From Candidatus Nomurabacteria bacterium (GTDB lineage Bacteria > Patescibacteriota > Minisyncoccia > Phycocordibacterales > UBA9973), in the NCBI GenBank assembly GCA_021413905.1, contig JAIOPO010000001.1, positions 137,159-201,158 of the forward strand: a DNA stretch of 64,000 bases, in the 5' to 3' direction. The first letter of the stretch is position 1. Each line of letters opens with the position of its first letter. Positions 9,499 to 18,864 of this stretch are shown one piece after another. Below the pieces are notes generated by a model. The model had not been told where the DNA came from. It was given only the letters and a program-made list of their open reading frames with translations, and made no database searches. The translations under genes and the position numbers were made by a program.

Positions 9499-10950
9499 AT
9501 GTCATTAAAACCAAATCGAGTTCAAATAATCAAATATGCGCCACCACCACCGGAATTACCCGTATATGGCAAAATAAAACCTGAAGAAGTTTCTTTTATT
9601 GGGCGGACAAATTATGTCGCAGCTCTCGAAGAAAAGAAATTTATTTTTGGAATAAAACGTATCGACAGACGAAGACATTTATATATTGTCGGTAAATCAG
9701 GAGTAGGTAAATCAAAATTACAAGAATTAATGATTCGCCAAGACATAGCTTATGGCTATGGTGTCTGTGTTATAGATCCGCACGGAGAATTGATAGATGA
9801 TATTTTGGAATTTGTTCCGGAGAATCGCATTGAAGATGTTTGTATTATCGACCCGAGCGATGTGGATTTTCCTGTTTCTTTTAATCCTTTGGCAAATATT
9901 GATCCAGGGTTTAAACATCAGCTCACTCAAGGTTTGATTGAAGTTTTGAAAAAGCAATTCGGTTCAAACTGGACACCGCGTCTAGAACACGTATTTCGTT
10001 TTACTGTGCTTGCTTTGCTCGACTATCCATATGCCACAATGCGCGGAATGATTTCAATGTTGACCGACAGAAATTATAGACAAAAAGTAGTCGAATATAT
10101 CGAAGATGATATGGTTAAAAGATTCTGGGCTATAGAATTCGCTGATTGGTCTGAAAAATTCGACACAGATGCCATCATTCCGCTCGTGAATAAACTCGGA
10201 CAATTCCTCTCAGACCCTATGCTTCGCAATATTTTCGGTCAAATAGAAAACAAAGTTGATTTGGAAAAATTAATGAATGAACAAAAAATAATTTTCATTA
10301 ATTTGTCAAAAGGGCGTATCGGAGAAGAAAATGCTTCTTTCTTTGGAGCGATGTTTATCACAAAAATAAAACAAGCCGGTATGGCTCGTGCAAAACTTGC
10401 CAAAGAAGATAGACATGATTTTTATTTATATGTGGATGAGTTTCAGAATTTGGTGACAGACACATTTGAAAACATTTTATCTGAAGCTCGTAAATATGGT
10501 TTGAATCTGACTGTGGCGCACCAATACGTGAGTCAACTTTTGCCGAAAGTGCAACAAGCTGTGATGGGTAATGTAGGCTCTATTATCACATTTCGTGTCG
10601 GTGGTGATGATGCAGTAAAATTAAAACCTGAATATGAACCTATTTTCGGAGTGAAAGATATGATAAATCTGGGAGTGGGAGAATTTTATATCAAAATGAC
10701 GATTGATGGCGAGAGTTATGATCCTTTTTCCGCAGAGACTTTGAAAGTTTTACCACCGACACATCCTTCATATAGAGAGCGCATTGTGGAAGCTTCTCGC
10801 AGGAAATACGCAATGCCAGCCGAAGACGTGAAGCGTGTTTATGAACAAGAAGAATCAATGATTGTCCGTAGCGCAAAAGAAAAGTCAGCAATCGTTAGCG
10901 ATAAGATTGAAGATAAAAAAACTGAAGAAGATATCAGTCCGTTAATATAA
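9499..10950 (+). CDS. Second VirB4/TraD(TrwB)-like ATPase (paralog of 6096-8220)
   Basis: GKSGVGKS, DPHGEL, YVDEFQ, SEARKY, AHQY, FRVG; ATG 9499 lies 7 nt after TAAAAT. Confidence 0.88.
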   Translation: MSLKPNRVQIIKYAPPPPELPVYGKIKPEEVSFIGRTNYVAALEEKKFIFGIKRIDRRRHLYIVGKSGVGKSKLQELMIRQDIAYGYGVCVIDPHGELIDDILEFVPENRIEDVCIIDPSDVDFPVSFNPLANIDPGFKHQLTQGLIEVLKKQFGSNWTPRLEHVFRFTVLALLDYPYATMRGMISMLTDRNYRQKVVEYIEDDMVKRFWAIEFADWSEKFDTDAIIPLVNKLGQFLSDPMLRNIFGQIENKVDLEKLMNEQKIIFINLSKGRIGEENASFFGAMFITKIKQAGMARAKLAKEDRHDFYLYVDEFQNLVTDTFENILSEARKYGLNLTVAHQYVSQLLPKVQQAVMGNVGSIITFRVGGDDAVKLKPEYEPIFGVKDMINLGVGEFYIKMTIDGESYDPFSAETLKVLPPTHPSYRERIVEASRRKYAMPAEDVKRVYEQEESMIVRSAKEKSAIVSDKIEDKKTEEDISPLI

Positions 10951-10998
10951 AATTTTAAAAAAATTTGACCAAAGTTTTTGCTTGAGTATAATACAAAT

Positions 10999-12099
10999 AT
11001 GAGTAAAGATTATTATGAACTATTGGGTATAAATAAAGGCGCGAGTAAAGAGGAGATAAAAAAGGCCTTTCATAAAATGGCGCATAAATATCATCCTGAT
11101 AAAAAAGAAGGAGATGAAAAGAAATTCAAAGAAGTAAATGAAGCGTATCAGACTCTCTCTGACGATAGAAAGCGCGCGCAGTATGACCAATTTGGCGCAG
11201 GTTATCAGAATGCTGGTTTTGGTGGTGGACAGAGCGGATATCAAGGTGGTTTCGGAGGAGGTTTTGAAGGATTTGATTTTTCCGGTTTCCAACAAGGTGG
11301 TGGAATGGATTTTGATTTAAATGATATTTTCTCAGATTTCTTTTCCGGAGGTATGGGCGGAGGTAGAACACAACAAAGACGTGGACGAGATATTTCTACT
11401 GAAATACAAATTTCTTTTGCCGATGCGGTTTTTGGCGTGGACAGAAAAATTTTAATTACAAAGACTTCAAATTGTGATACTTGTCATGCTAGTGGTGCAA
11501 AACCTGGAACCAAAATGGAGACTTGTAAGAAATGCAATGGTCAAGGAAAAATACACGAAGCAAAGAGGACGATATTGGGAACAATTTCCAGCACAAAACT
11601 TTGCGAGCAATGTTTTGGCTCAGGCGAAGTACCGAAAGAAAAATGTGAGAAATGTCATGGTGTGGGTGTTCTAAAAAAACAAGAAGAAATATCTATCGCA
11701 GTGCCTGCGGGCATTCGTGATGGCGAGATGATACGCATGACGGGCATGGGTGAAGCTGTTTCTAAAGGCACTACTGGCGACTTGTATATAAAAATAAATG
11801 TTGCTCCGCATCCTGTGTTCAAACGCGATGGGCATGACCTAGTGATGAATTTAAATTTGAAACTTTCTGATGCATTACTCGGCACTGAATACAAAATAGA
11901 AACTTTGGACGGGGAAGTGAAAGTGCAAATTCCTGAAGGTGTCACCATAAATGAAATCTTGCGAGTGAAAGGCAAAGGCGTACCTGTATCAAAAGGCAAA
12001 CGTGGCGATATCCTTATAAAACTAAATATAAAACTCCCTTCAAAAATCTCCCGCAAATCTCGCGAGTTAATCGAGGAACTCAAAAAAGAGGGGATTTAA
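10999..12099 (+). CDS. dnaJ: Molecular chaperone DnaJ
   Basis: J-domain HPD, G/F-rich region, four CxxC(xGxG) motifs; ATG 10999 lies 6 nt after TATAAT. Confidence 0.98.
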   Translation: MSKDYYELLGINKGASKEEIKKAFHKMAHKYHPDKKEGDEKKFKEVNEAYQTLSDDRKRAQYDQFGAGYQNAGFGGGQSGYQGGFGGGFEGFDFSGFQQGGGMDFDLNDIFSDFFSGGMGGGRTQQRRGRDISTEIQISFADAVFGVDRKILITKTSNCDTCHASGAKPGTKMETCKKCNGQGKIHEAKRTILGTISSTKLCEQCFGSGEVPKEKCEKCHGVGVLKKQEEISIAVPAGIRDGEMIRMTGMGEAVSKGTTGDLYIKINVAPHPVFKRDGHDLVMNLNLKLSDALLGTEYKIETLDGEVKVQIPEGVTINEILRVKGKGVPVSKGKRGDILIKLNIKLPSKISRKSRELIEELKKEGI

Positions 12100-12987
12100 T
12101 TATTTAAATCTTTTCTTAAACTTATTCGCTATCATGGTATAGCAAAGCTGGGCTGCGCCGTATTCGGTCAGTATTGTGTCGTGTTGTGGGGAGACTTCCA
12201 CGATATCTGCGCCGACGAGTTCTTTTTTCTGGATTATTTTTTCCAAAAGATTTACTCCATACCACCATTCAAGTCCGCCTTGTACGGATGTACCAGTGCC
12301 AGGCATATGAGCAGGGTCAAAACCGTCCACATCTATCGTGATATAAACATATTTTGTTTTAATTGATTTCAAGATTGTTTCTATTGTAGGTATTTTGCCT
12401 GCGCCCCATTCAAAAACAGTCACATCATTTTTTTTATTGCTGAAATAATTATATTCATCACGAGAATATGTGCGGATGCCGACTTGCACTAGAGGGAAGC
12501 CAAGCTCGCTGGCGCGACGCATCACGCAAGAATGCGCATAATTTGTCGGGTCATCACTATAATCACTGTCGTCATTTCGCAAATCGCAATGCGCATCTAT
12601 TTGAACTATTGTGATATCTTTTGATTTGTGTTTTTTAGACAAAGCTTGCAATGCACCTAGAGACACAGAATGCTCTCCACCCAAAAGGAAAACAAATTTT
12701 CCAGTTTCACCTAATTCAGCGCATTTATCGATAATTATTCCCAAAGCTTTTTCTGGAGAATGTTTATCCAAATTGCCTAGGTCCGCCTTTGCTGTTTTTA
12801 TAAAATCAGTCGGCTCACATTTTAACTTTCTATCAAAAAATTCTATTTGTTTTGAAAGCTGACCGATGATTGCCTTTGGTCCGTCCGCTGTGCCTTTGTG
12901 CGAAGACGCAGTTTTCTCATAGCTTGCAGAGAGCATTACTACATCCGCTTTTTTAATATCTTTTTCATTTATTATTGAATCACTCAT
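12100..12987 (-). CDS. speB: Agmatinase (ureohydrolase family)
   Basis: GGEHS, DAHCD, DVDGFDP..PGTG, GADIVEV. Confidence 0.85.
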   Translation of the reverse strand: MSDSIINEKDIKKADVVMLSASYEKTASSHKGTADGPKAIIGQLSKQIEFFDRKLKCEPTDFIKTAKADLGNLDKHSPEKALGIIIDKCAELGETGKFVFLLGGEHSVSLGALQALSKKHKSKDITIVQIDAHCDLRNDDSDYSDDPTNYAHSCVMRRASELGFPLVQVGIRTYSRDEYNYFSNKKNDVTVFEWGAGKIPTIETILKSIKTKYVYITIDVDGFDPAHMPGTGTSVQGGLEWWYGVNLLEKIIQKKELVGADIVEVSPQHDTILTEYGAAQLCYTMIANKFKKRFK

Positions 12988-12995
12988 TTTGTTAT

Positions 12996-14372
12996 TTAAA
13001 TTTTACTTATCTTATAATTCTCTCCTAAGTCCTTTACTTCATATCCTAAATCATTTATTTGTTTTCGCAAGTCGTCTGATTTTTGGAAATCTTTATTTAT
13101 TCGCGCCATGTTTCTTTCTTCTGCTAATTTTTTTATTTCTTCAGGGATTATTTTTTTTGTTAATTTTTCAAAACCAAGCCCCAATACTCTATCAAAATCC
13201 AATACAGTCGCGCGTTTGTATGCAGGGGAAACATTTTCATCTTTCAATACATCCCACAATAAGGTCAAAGCTTTTGGTGTGTCCAAGTCATCTTCTATAA
13301 AATCTTTAAATTTTTGTTGGTATTCAATGTTTACAGAACCATTGTCATTTCCAAGACCCAAGTATAGATTATAAAGGCGTTTTAGGGCTGTTTCAGCGCC
13401 CTCAAGCACTTCCCAGCTGAAGTTTACCTTTGTGTGATAGTTTGCCATCAATAGCCAAAAACGATAGGTAATGGGTTTTATGTTTTTTTCTTCCAGTGAA
13501 CTCAATTTCAAAAAATTATTTTCTGATTTAGCCATTTTTTCTCCGCCTGTGTCCACGAATTCATGATGAAGCCAAAATTTAACAAAAGGACTTTTGCTGG
13601 TCGCGCATTCGGATTGAGCTATTTCATTTGTATGATGCACAGGGATATGATCTATGCCTCCGGTATGTATGTCGAATTGTTCACCCAGAAATTTTATTCC
13701 CATTGCAGAACATTCAATATGCCAGCCTGGGAAACCTTGACCCCAAGTAGAAGGATAGCCGATTTTCTTGTCCAATTTCCACAATGCAAAGTCAGCCGGA
13801 TTTTTCTTTTCAGAATTTACTCCAATTCTTGATTCTTCATTTGATTTTTGTTGTCCACCTTTTAATGCTCCGTATTCAGGAAATTTTTCTGTATCAAAAT
13901 AGATGCCGTCAGTTGTTTTATATGTGTATCCTTTTTTCTCCAATTTTTCAATAAGCTCCACATCTTCTTTTACATAGTCGCTCGCATAATACAAACCATC
14001 AGGCATATCAATATTTAATTTATTTAAATCTTCTTTAAATTTTTCTGTGTAAAATTCTGCAAGCGTGCGCATATTTTGCAATGTGAGTTCTTTTCCTTCA
14101 CGCAAGAGACCTTTAGTCATTTTATCTTCTCCGGAATCAGCATCGCTGGATAAATGTCCTATGTCTGTAATATTCATTACTTGTTTTACATTTAGCCCTG
14201 AATATTTTAAAGTCTTGCGCAAAATATCGGCAAATACATAAGAACGCAAATTACCTATGTGCGCATAGTTGTATACCGTCGGTCCGCAAGAATACATACG
14301 GACTTCTTTTGGATCAATAGGAGAGAAATCTTCTTTTTCTCGGGTCAGTGTGTTGTAGAATTTTAAAGCCAT
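12996..14372 (-). CDS. cysS: Cysteine--tRNA ligase
   Basis: CGPTVY, HIGN, PGWHIECSAM, KMAKS. Confidence 0.98.
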   Translation of the reverse strand: MALKFYNTLTREKEDFSPIDPKEVRMYSCGPTVYNYAHIGNLRSYVFADILRKTLKYSGLNVKQVMNITDIGHLSSDADSGEDKMTKGLLREGKELTLQNMRTLAEFYTEKFKEDLNKLNIDMPDGLYYASDYVKEDVELIEKLEKKGYTYKTTDGIYFDTEKFPEYGALKGGQQKSNEESRIGVNSEKKNPADFALWKLDKKIGYPSTWGQGFPGWHIECSAMGIKFLGEQFDIHTGGIDHIPVHHTNEIAQSECATSKSPFVKFWLHHEFVDTGGEKMAKSENNFLKLSSLEEKNIKPITYRFWLLMANYHTKVNFSWEVLEGAETALKRLYNLYLGLGNDNGSVNIEYQQKFKDFIEDDLDTPKALTLLWDVLKDENVSPAYKRATVLDFDRVLGLGFEKLTKKIIPEEIKKLAEERNMARINKDFQKSDDLRKQINDLGYEVKDLGENYKISKI

Positions 14373-15274
14373 TTTTTAAGTTTAAAATAAATAAATGCGA
14401 TAATACTGGACAAAAGCATCGCGCCGAGAACAGCGTAGAATTCATAAGTATTTTGAATAAGTGAAAAATCTGTGTTCATCATAAATATACTGGAAATTAA
14501 AGTTGCAGGTGCAATTAAGAAGGTTATTATTGTCAGAGTTTTAATGGTTTCATTTGTTTTTGTTGAGAGTAATGAATCATTGGTTTCTCGCAAATCAGTC
14601 AATAAATCTTTATGATTTTCCAGCATACTCATTATTTTTTGATACTCACTTGCAATGTCTTCTAAATAATAATTAAAATTATTATCAAAAAATTTCTTGC
14701 CGGCTGATTCAAAACTTCTCAATGTTTGATTATGAAAACGCATTGCTTGTTTGAAGTCTAGCAATTTTCTGTTTACTTCTGATATTTTTTTAACTGTTGT
14801 TTTTTCTTTACCTGCAAAAATATCTCTTTCAATAGAGCGCATTTCAGGATGCAGTTTTTCTATTTCACTGGCAACATTTTTATATAATTCTTTTACTATA
14901 TGATAAAACAAATAACCGGCATGGTCTTCGTTATTTTTTTTAGTATTTAGAGAATTCAATTCTAATTTTTTAAAGAAATCATTTAAAGGATTTACCAATT
15001 CATAATGTATTGTAATTAAAAAATTTTTACCAATGACAAAATCTATTTCTTGTTCTGTTTTTAGATGTCTTTTTTCGTGAGCTGTTGGAAAATGAAGTAT
15101 TAAATAAATCAAATTGGAATAAACGTCAACTTTCGAACGAACTGTCTCTGATACGAATTCTTCGGCGACAAATGGAGGTATATTGAATTCTTCCACCAAA
15201 TGAGCCACCTCTTCTTCTGAAGGAGATTGTAAATCTACCCAAGTGATATCATTGTATGTATATTTTGAAATCAT
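14363..15274 (-). CDS. corA: CorA-family divalent cation transporter (start reassigned to ATG 15274)
   Basis: MISKYTYNDITWVDL start 7 nt after TGcTATAAT; TNETIKTLT, two C-terminal TMs, FMMN in place of GMN, KKW end. Confidence 0.85.
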   Translation of the reverse strand: MISKYTYNDITWVDLQSPSEEEVAHLVEEFNIPPFVAEEFVSETVRSKVDVYSNLIYLILHFPTAHEKRHLKTEQEIDFVIGKNFLITIHYELVNPLNDFFKKLELNSLNTKKNNEDHAGYLFYHIVKELYKNVASEIEKLHPEMRSIERDIFAGKEKTTVKKISEVNRKLLDFKQAMRFHNQTLRSFESAGKKFFDNNFNYYLEDIASEYQKIMSMLENHKDLLTDLRETNDSLLSTKTNETIKTLTIITFLIAPATLISSIFMMNTDFSLIQNTYEFYAVLGAMLLSSIIAFIYFKLKKWL

Positions 15275-15358
15275 GCTATTTATTATAGCAAATGCTTGAT
15301 TTGCTTCCAAATTTAATAAAGCTTGCTTTTTAAACGGTTTTGATATAATATAGAACTT

Positions 15359-15676
15359 ATGGAATTTGCAGTAATACAAACAGGCGGAAAACAATACAAA
15401 GTCTCTAAAGGAGGCCTTGTTTCTATTGAGAAAATAAAGGGAGAATTTAAAAAAGGAGACAAGGTTTCCTTTGACAAAGTCCTTCTCGTTGATGATGGAA
15501 AAGATACGACTGTCGGTGCTCCGTATATCTCTGGTGCAAAAGTAGATGGTGAAATCATCGAAATCGGACGTTCTCGCAAAGTTTTGGTTGTTAAATACAA
15601 ACAAAAATCTCGCTACCTACGCCGTAACGGTCACCGTCAACCATTCTTCAAAGTAAAAATAACTTCTATAAAATAA
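15359..15676 (+). CDS. rplU: 50S ribosomal protein L21
   Basis: AVIQTGGKQYKV, GHRQ. Confidence 0.98.
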   Translation: MEFAVIQTGGKQYKVSKGGLVSIEKIKGEFKKGDKVSFDKVLLVDDGKDTTVGAPYISGAKVDGEIIEIGRSRKVLVVKYKQKSRYLRRNGHRQPFFKVKITSIK

Positions 15677-15677
15677 T

Positions 15678-15709
15678 AAAAAAATCCTTCATATGTGAGG
15701 GGTTTTTTT
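15678..15709. terminator. Bidirectional terminator between rplU and recR
   Basis: AAAAAAATCCTTCA-tatg-TGAGGGGTTTTTTT. Confidence 0.75.
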
Positions 15710-16319
15710 ATTGTCTATTTTTGAATGCGTTTTTTAATGTGTCGTTGTCAGAGTATTCGAGTTCTGTGCCTGTGGAAAGTCCACGACCGAGGGAAGAGAT
15801 TTTTATATTTAATTTTTCAGCAATATCGCGCAGTTGATTGCGAATATAAAAATCCGTATGGTCGCCTTGTGGGGAAAGTGAAAATGCTAAAATAATTTCT
15901 TTTAAATTTTTTTGATTTGTGATTTTTTCTTTTAATTCATTTAGTCGCACTCGGCTCGGTGTACTTTTTTCAACTATCGGCACAAGCCCACCGAGAATAA
16001 AATATTTGCCATGATAAATGCGACTTTTGTTTATGCTTTCCAGATCGGAATCTTTCTCGATTATCATCATCGTGGAATCATCGATATTCGAATCACGACA
16101 TATTTCACAAATTTTGTTTTGATTTCCTTGATTTATAAAAAATTTAAAACAATCTTTGCATTGTGATATGTCTTTTTTTAAATCTAAAATCATTTTGGAT
16201 AAAATTTCAGAGTAGCTCGGGTGCCTGGACATCAAAAAATACACAAAGCGTCGCGCTTGTCTTTCGCCGATACCAGGGAATTCTTTGAATATTTCAGTTA
16301 GTTTTTCTATTGAATCCAT
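15708..16319 (-). CDS. recR: Recombination mediator RecR
   Basis: FPGIGERQA HhH, CKDC/CEIC zinc finger, Toprim domain, GTELEY. Confidence 0.95.
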   Translation of the reverse strand: MDSIEKLTEIFKEFPGIGERQARRFVYFLMSRHPSYSEILSKMILDLKKDISQCKDCFKFFINQGNQNKICEICRDSNIDDSTMMIIEKDSDLESINKSRIYHGKYFILGGLVPIVEKSTPSRVRLNELKEKITNQKNLKEIILAFSLSPQGDHTDFYIRNQLRDIAEKLNIKISSLGRGLSTGTELEYSDNDTLKNAFKNRQ

Positions 16320-16330
16320 TTTATTTATTT

Positions 16331-17722
16331 TTAAAATTCATCTAAGGAAGTGCTGACTTTCGATGGAGCGAATTCACTCAAGCTGTTTTTTTCCATATTT
16401 AAGAATGAAGTAGTCTTATCATCAAAGTAAAGATCGACTTTTCCAGTAGGGCCATTTCGGTGTTTTTCAATCAATATTTCAGCGATATTTGTGCGTTCTG
16501 ATTCATCTTTTCCTTTATCTTCACGATGAATAAACATAACAACATCCGCGTCTTGTTCGATAGATCCGGAGTCACGAAGGTCGGAAAGACGAGGTTTGCC
16601 ACCGCGTGATTCCACTGCACGAGAAAGCTGTGAAAGAGCGAGCACAGGCACATCGAGTTCTTTTGCAAGACTTTTTAGGGAGCGAGAAATTTCTGTAACT
16701 TGATTGACCATAGAATCATAATTTTTTGATGTTGTCATGAGTTGCAAGTAGTCCACAACAATCAAGTCCAGACCTTTTTCAGCTTTGAGGCGACGACTCG
16801 CGGCTTTCATTTTTGCTATAGAGTTGCCGGCTTCATCGTCAATAAATATTTTTGCTTTAGAAAGTTTATCCAAAGAATCTCGCAATTGAGAAAATTCTCT
16901 ATCTGATGACAAATTTCCTGTGCGTAAATTCCAAGCATTGACTCTGGATTCTGCAGACAACATTCTGTCTATCAATTGTTGAGTGGACATTTCAAGAGAA
17001 AAAATACCTACAGATTTGTCGTGTACCGTCGCTGCCATACGAGCTATATCAAGAGCCAGTGTAGTCTTACCGACGGATGGACGCGCTGCGAGAATAATCA
17101 AGTCTGATTTTTGAAAACCGGACAACATAACATCCAAATCTCGAAATCCTGTAGGAATACCACGCATCTCACCTTTATTCTCGTGCAATTTTGAAAGTCT
17201 GTCGAATGCTTCCGGCAATGCGTCTTTCATACTCACGAATTTTTTATTTTTTGGAGAAGAAACGACACTGAAAACTTTTTTCTCCGCCATATCCAAGATA
17301 TCTTCCATATGTTCTTCACCTTCATTGAAAGCAAGTTCGGAAACAAAATCTGCCGCATCTATGAGAGAACGCAATATGAATTTCTTTTGAACTATGTCTG
17401 CATAGTGGCGCACATTTGTAGAAGAAGGAACGACATTTACTATTTCCGCCAAATATTGATTGCCTCCGATATTGTCCAATAACTTTTGTTCGCTTAATTT
17501 TGTCGAAAGCGATAGCATGTCTATCGGTTCATTTTTATTATTCAAATCCATCATTGCTTGAAAAATTATCTTGTGTTTTTCAGCATAAAAAGAATCTGCA
17601 TTTATTACATCTTCTATTTCATGAAGCGCGTCTTTACGCAACATAATAGAACCCAAGACAGCTTTTTCTGAATCGAGACTTTGTGGAGGAATTCTTATTT
17701 CATTTTTCTTCATTTTTACCAT
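16331..17722 (-). CDS. dnaB: Replicative DNA helicase
   Basis: ARPSVGKT, FSLEM, DYLQL, SQLSR, DLRDSGSIEQDAD, KHRNGPTG. Confidence 0.99.
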   Translation of the reverse strand: MVKMKKNEIRIPPQSLDSEKAVLGSIMLRKDALHEIEDVINADSFYAEKHKIIFQAMMDLNNKNEPIDMLSLSTKLSEQKLLDNIGGNQYLAEIVNVVPSSTNVRHYADIVQKKFILRSLIDAADFVSELAFNEGEEHMEDILDMAEKKVFSVVSSPKNKKFVSMKDALPEAFDRLSKLHENKGEMRGIPTGFRDLDVMLSGFQKSDLIILAARPSVGKTTLALDIARMAATVHDKSVGIFSLEMSTQQLIDRMLSAESRVNAWNLRTGNLSSDREFSQLRDSLDKLSKAKIFIDDEAGNSIAKMKAASRRLKAEKGLDLIVVDYLQLMTTSKNYDSMVNQVTEISRSLKSLAKELDVPVLALSQLSRAVESRGGKPRLSDLRDSGSIEQDADVVMFIHREDKGKDESERTNIAEILIEKHRNGPTGKVDLYFDDKTTSFLNMEKNSLSEFAPSKVSTSLDEF

Positions 17723-17837
17723 AGAGTTATTCTAACACAGTGAAAAAATAGTCAAAATAAAAAAGTGGGCAAGTCTGTTATTAAAGTGGGGAAAAGATTA
17801 TTCAATTTTTTTAAAAATGTGGTAATATTATAAAGTT

Positions 17838-18860
17838 ATGGAAAATAATGAAAATAACAAAAAAATAAGAGTTTTAACAGGAGACAGACCTACAGGCAAG
17901 CTTCATTTGGGGCATTTTGTGGGTTCTATTCAAAATAGATTGAAATTGCAAGATACAGCTGAAAAAGCTTTTTATATGGTAGCTGACGTACAGGCTTTGA
18001 CTGACAATGCAGAAAATCCTGAGAAAGTAAGAAACAATGTATTAGAAGTAGCATTGGATAATTTAGCTTGCGGTGTGGATCCTTCAAAAACAACTTTTTT
18101 TATTCAATCACAAATTCCTGAAATTGCAGAATTAACTATTTTCTTTTTAAATTTAGTCACGCTTGCAAGACTCAAAAGAAATCCAACTGTAAAATCAGAA
18201 ATGCAACAAAAAGGTTTTGGTGAAGATGTACCTGCCGGGTTTTTGATTTACCCAGTTTCTCAAGCTGCGGATATTCTTTTTGCAAAAGCAAATTTGATTC
18301 CTGTCGGTGAAGATCAAAAGCCGATGATAGAACAAACAAATGAAATAGTAGACAGTTTCAATCGTATTTACGGAGAAACTTTTTCTCATGTGTCGCATTT
18401 AGTCGGAGAAATACCGCGTTTGGTCGGCACAGATGGAAATGCAAAAATGTCTAAATCTTTAAATAACTGCATTAATCTTTCTGATTCTGATGAAATGATA
18501 AATAAAAAAGTAATGGATATGTATACAGATCCAAATCATATACACGTAGAAGATCCAGGAAAAGTAGAAGGCAATGTTGTATTTACTTACCTTGATATTT
18601 TTGATTCAAATAAAGAGGAAGTGGCTGACTTAAAAAAACAATATGAAAAAGGTGGCTTGGGAGATGTTGTAATTAAAAAAAGATTAGCTAAAATTTTATG
18701 TGATTTTATTTCTCCAATTCGTGAAAAAAGAGAACAGCTCGCCAAAGATCCACAAGCAGTTATGAAAATACTCGAAGAAGGAACACAAAAAGCTCGTATT
18801 GAAGCACAGAAAACAATATCTGAAGTTCGTAAAGCTATGAAAATAGATTTTTTTGACTAA
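17838..18860 (+). CDS. trpS: Tryptophan--tRNA ligase
   Basis: TGDRPTGKLHLGH, YPVSQAADI, GEDQ, KMSKS. Confidence 0.98.
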   Translation: MENNENNKKIRVLTGDRPTGKLHLGHFVGSIQNRLKLQDTAEKAFYMVADVQALTDNAENPEKVRNNVLEVALDNLACGVDPSKTTFFIQSQIPEIAELTIFFLNLVTLARLKRNPTVKSEMQQKGFGEDVPAGFLIYPVSQAADILFAKANLIPVGEDQKPMIEQTNEIVDSFNRIYGETFSHVSHLVGEIPRLVGTDGNAKMSKSLNNCINLSDSDEMINKKVMDMYTDPNHIHVEDPGKVEGNVVFTYLDIFDSNKEEVADLKKQYEKGGLGDVVIKKRLAKILCDFISPIREKREQLAKDPQAVMKILEEGTQKARIEAQKTISEVRKAMKIDFFD

Positions 18861-18864
18861 CTCT

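Noticed and set aside
6096-10950. Integrative conjugative element
   Set aside because: No integrase, relaxase, VirB structural genes or att repeats; the ATPases are interleaved with rsmE, dnaK and dnaJ.
15275-15604. N-terminal extension of CorA (413-aa ORF call) and ORF 15313-15600
   Set aside because: Antisense shadow of rplU. The true start is ATG 15274, with a -10 element 7 nt upstream.
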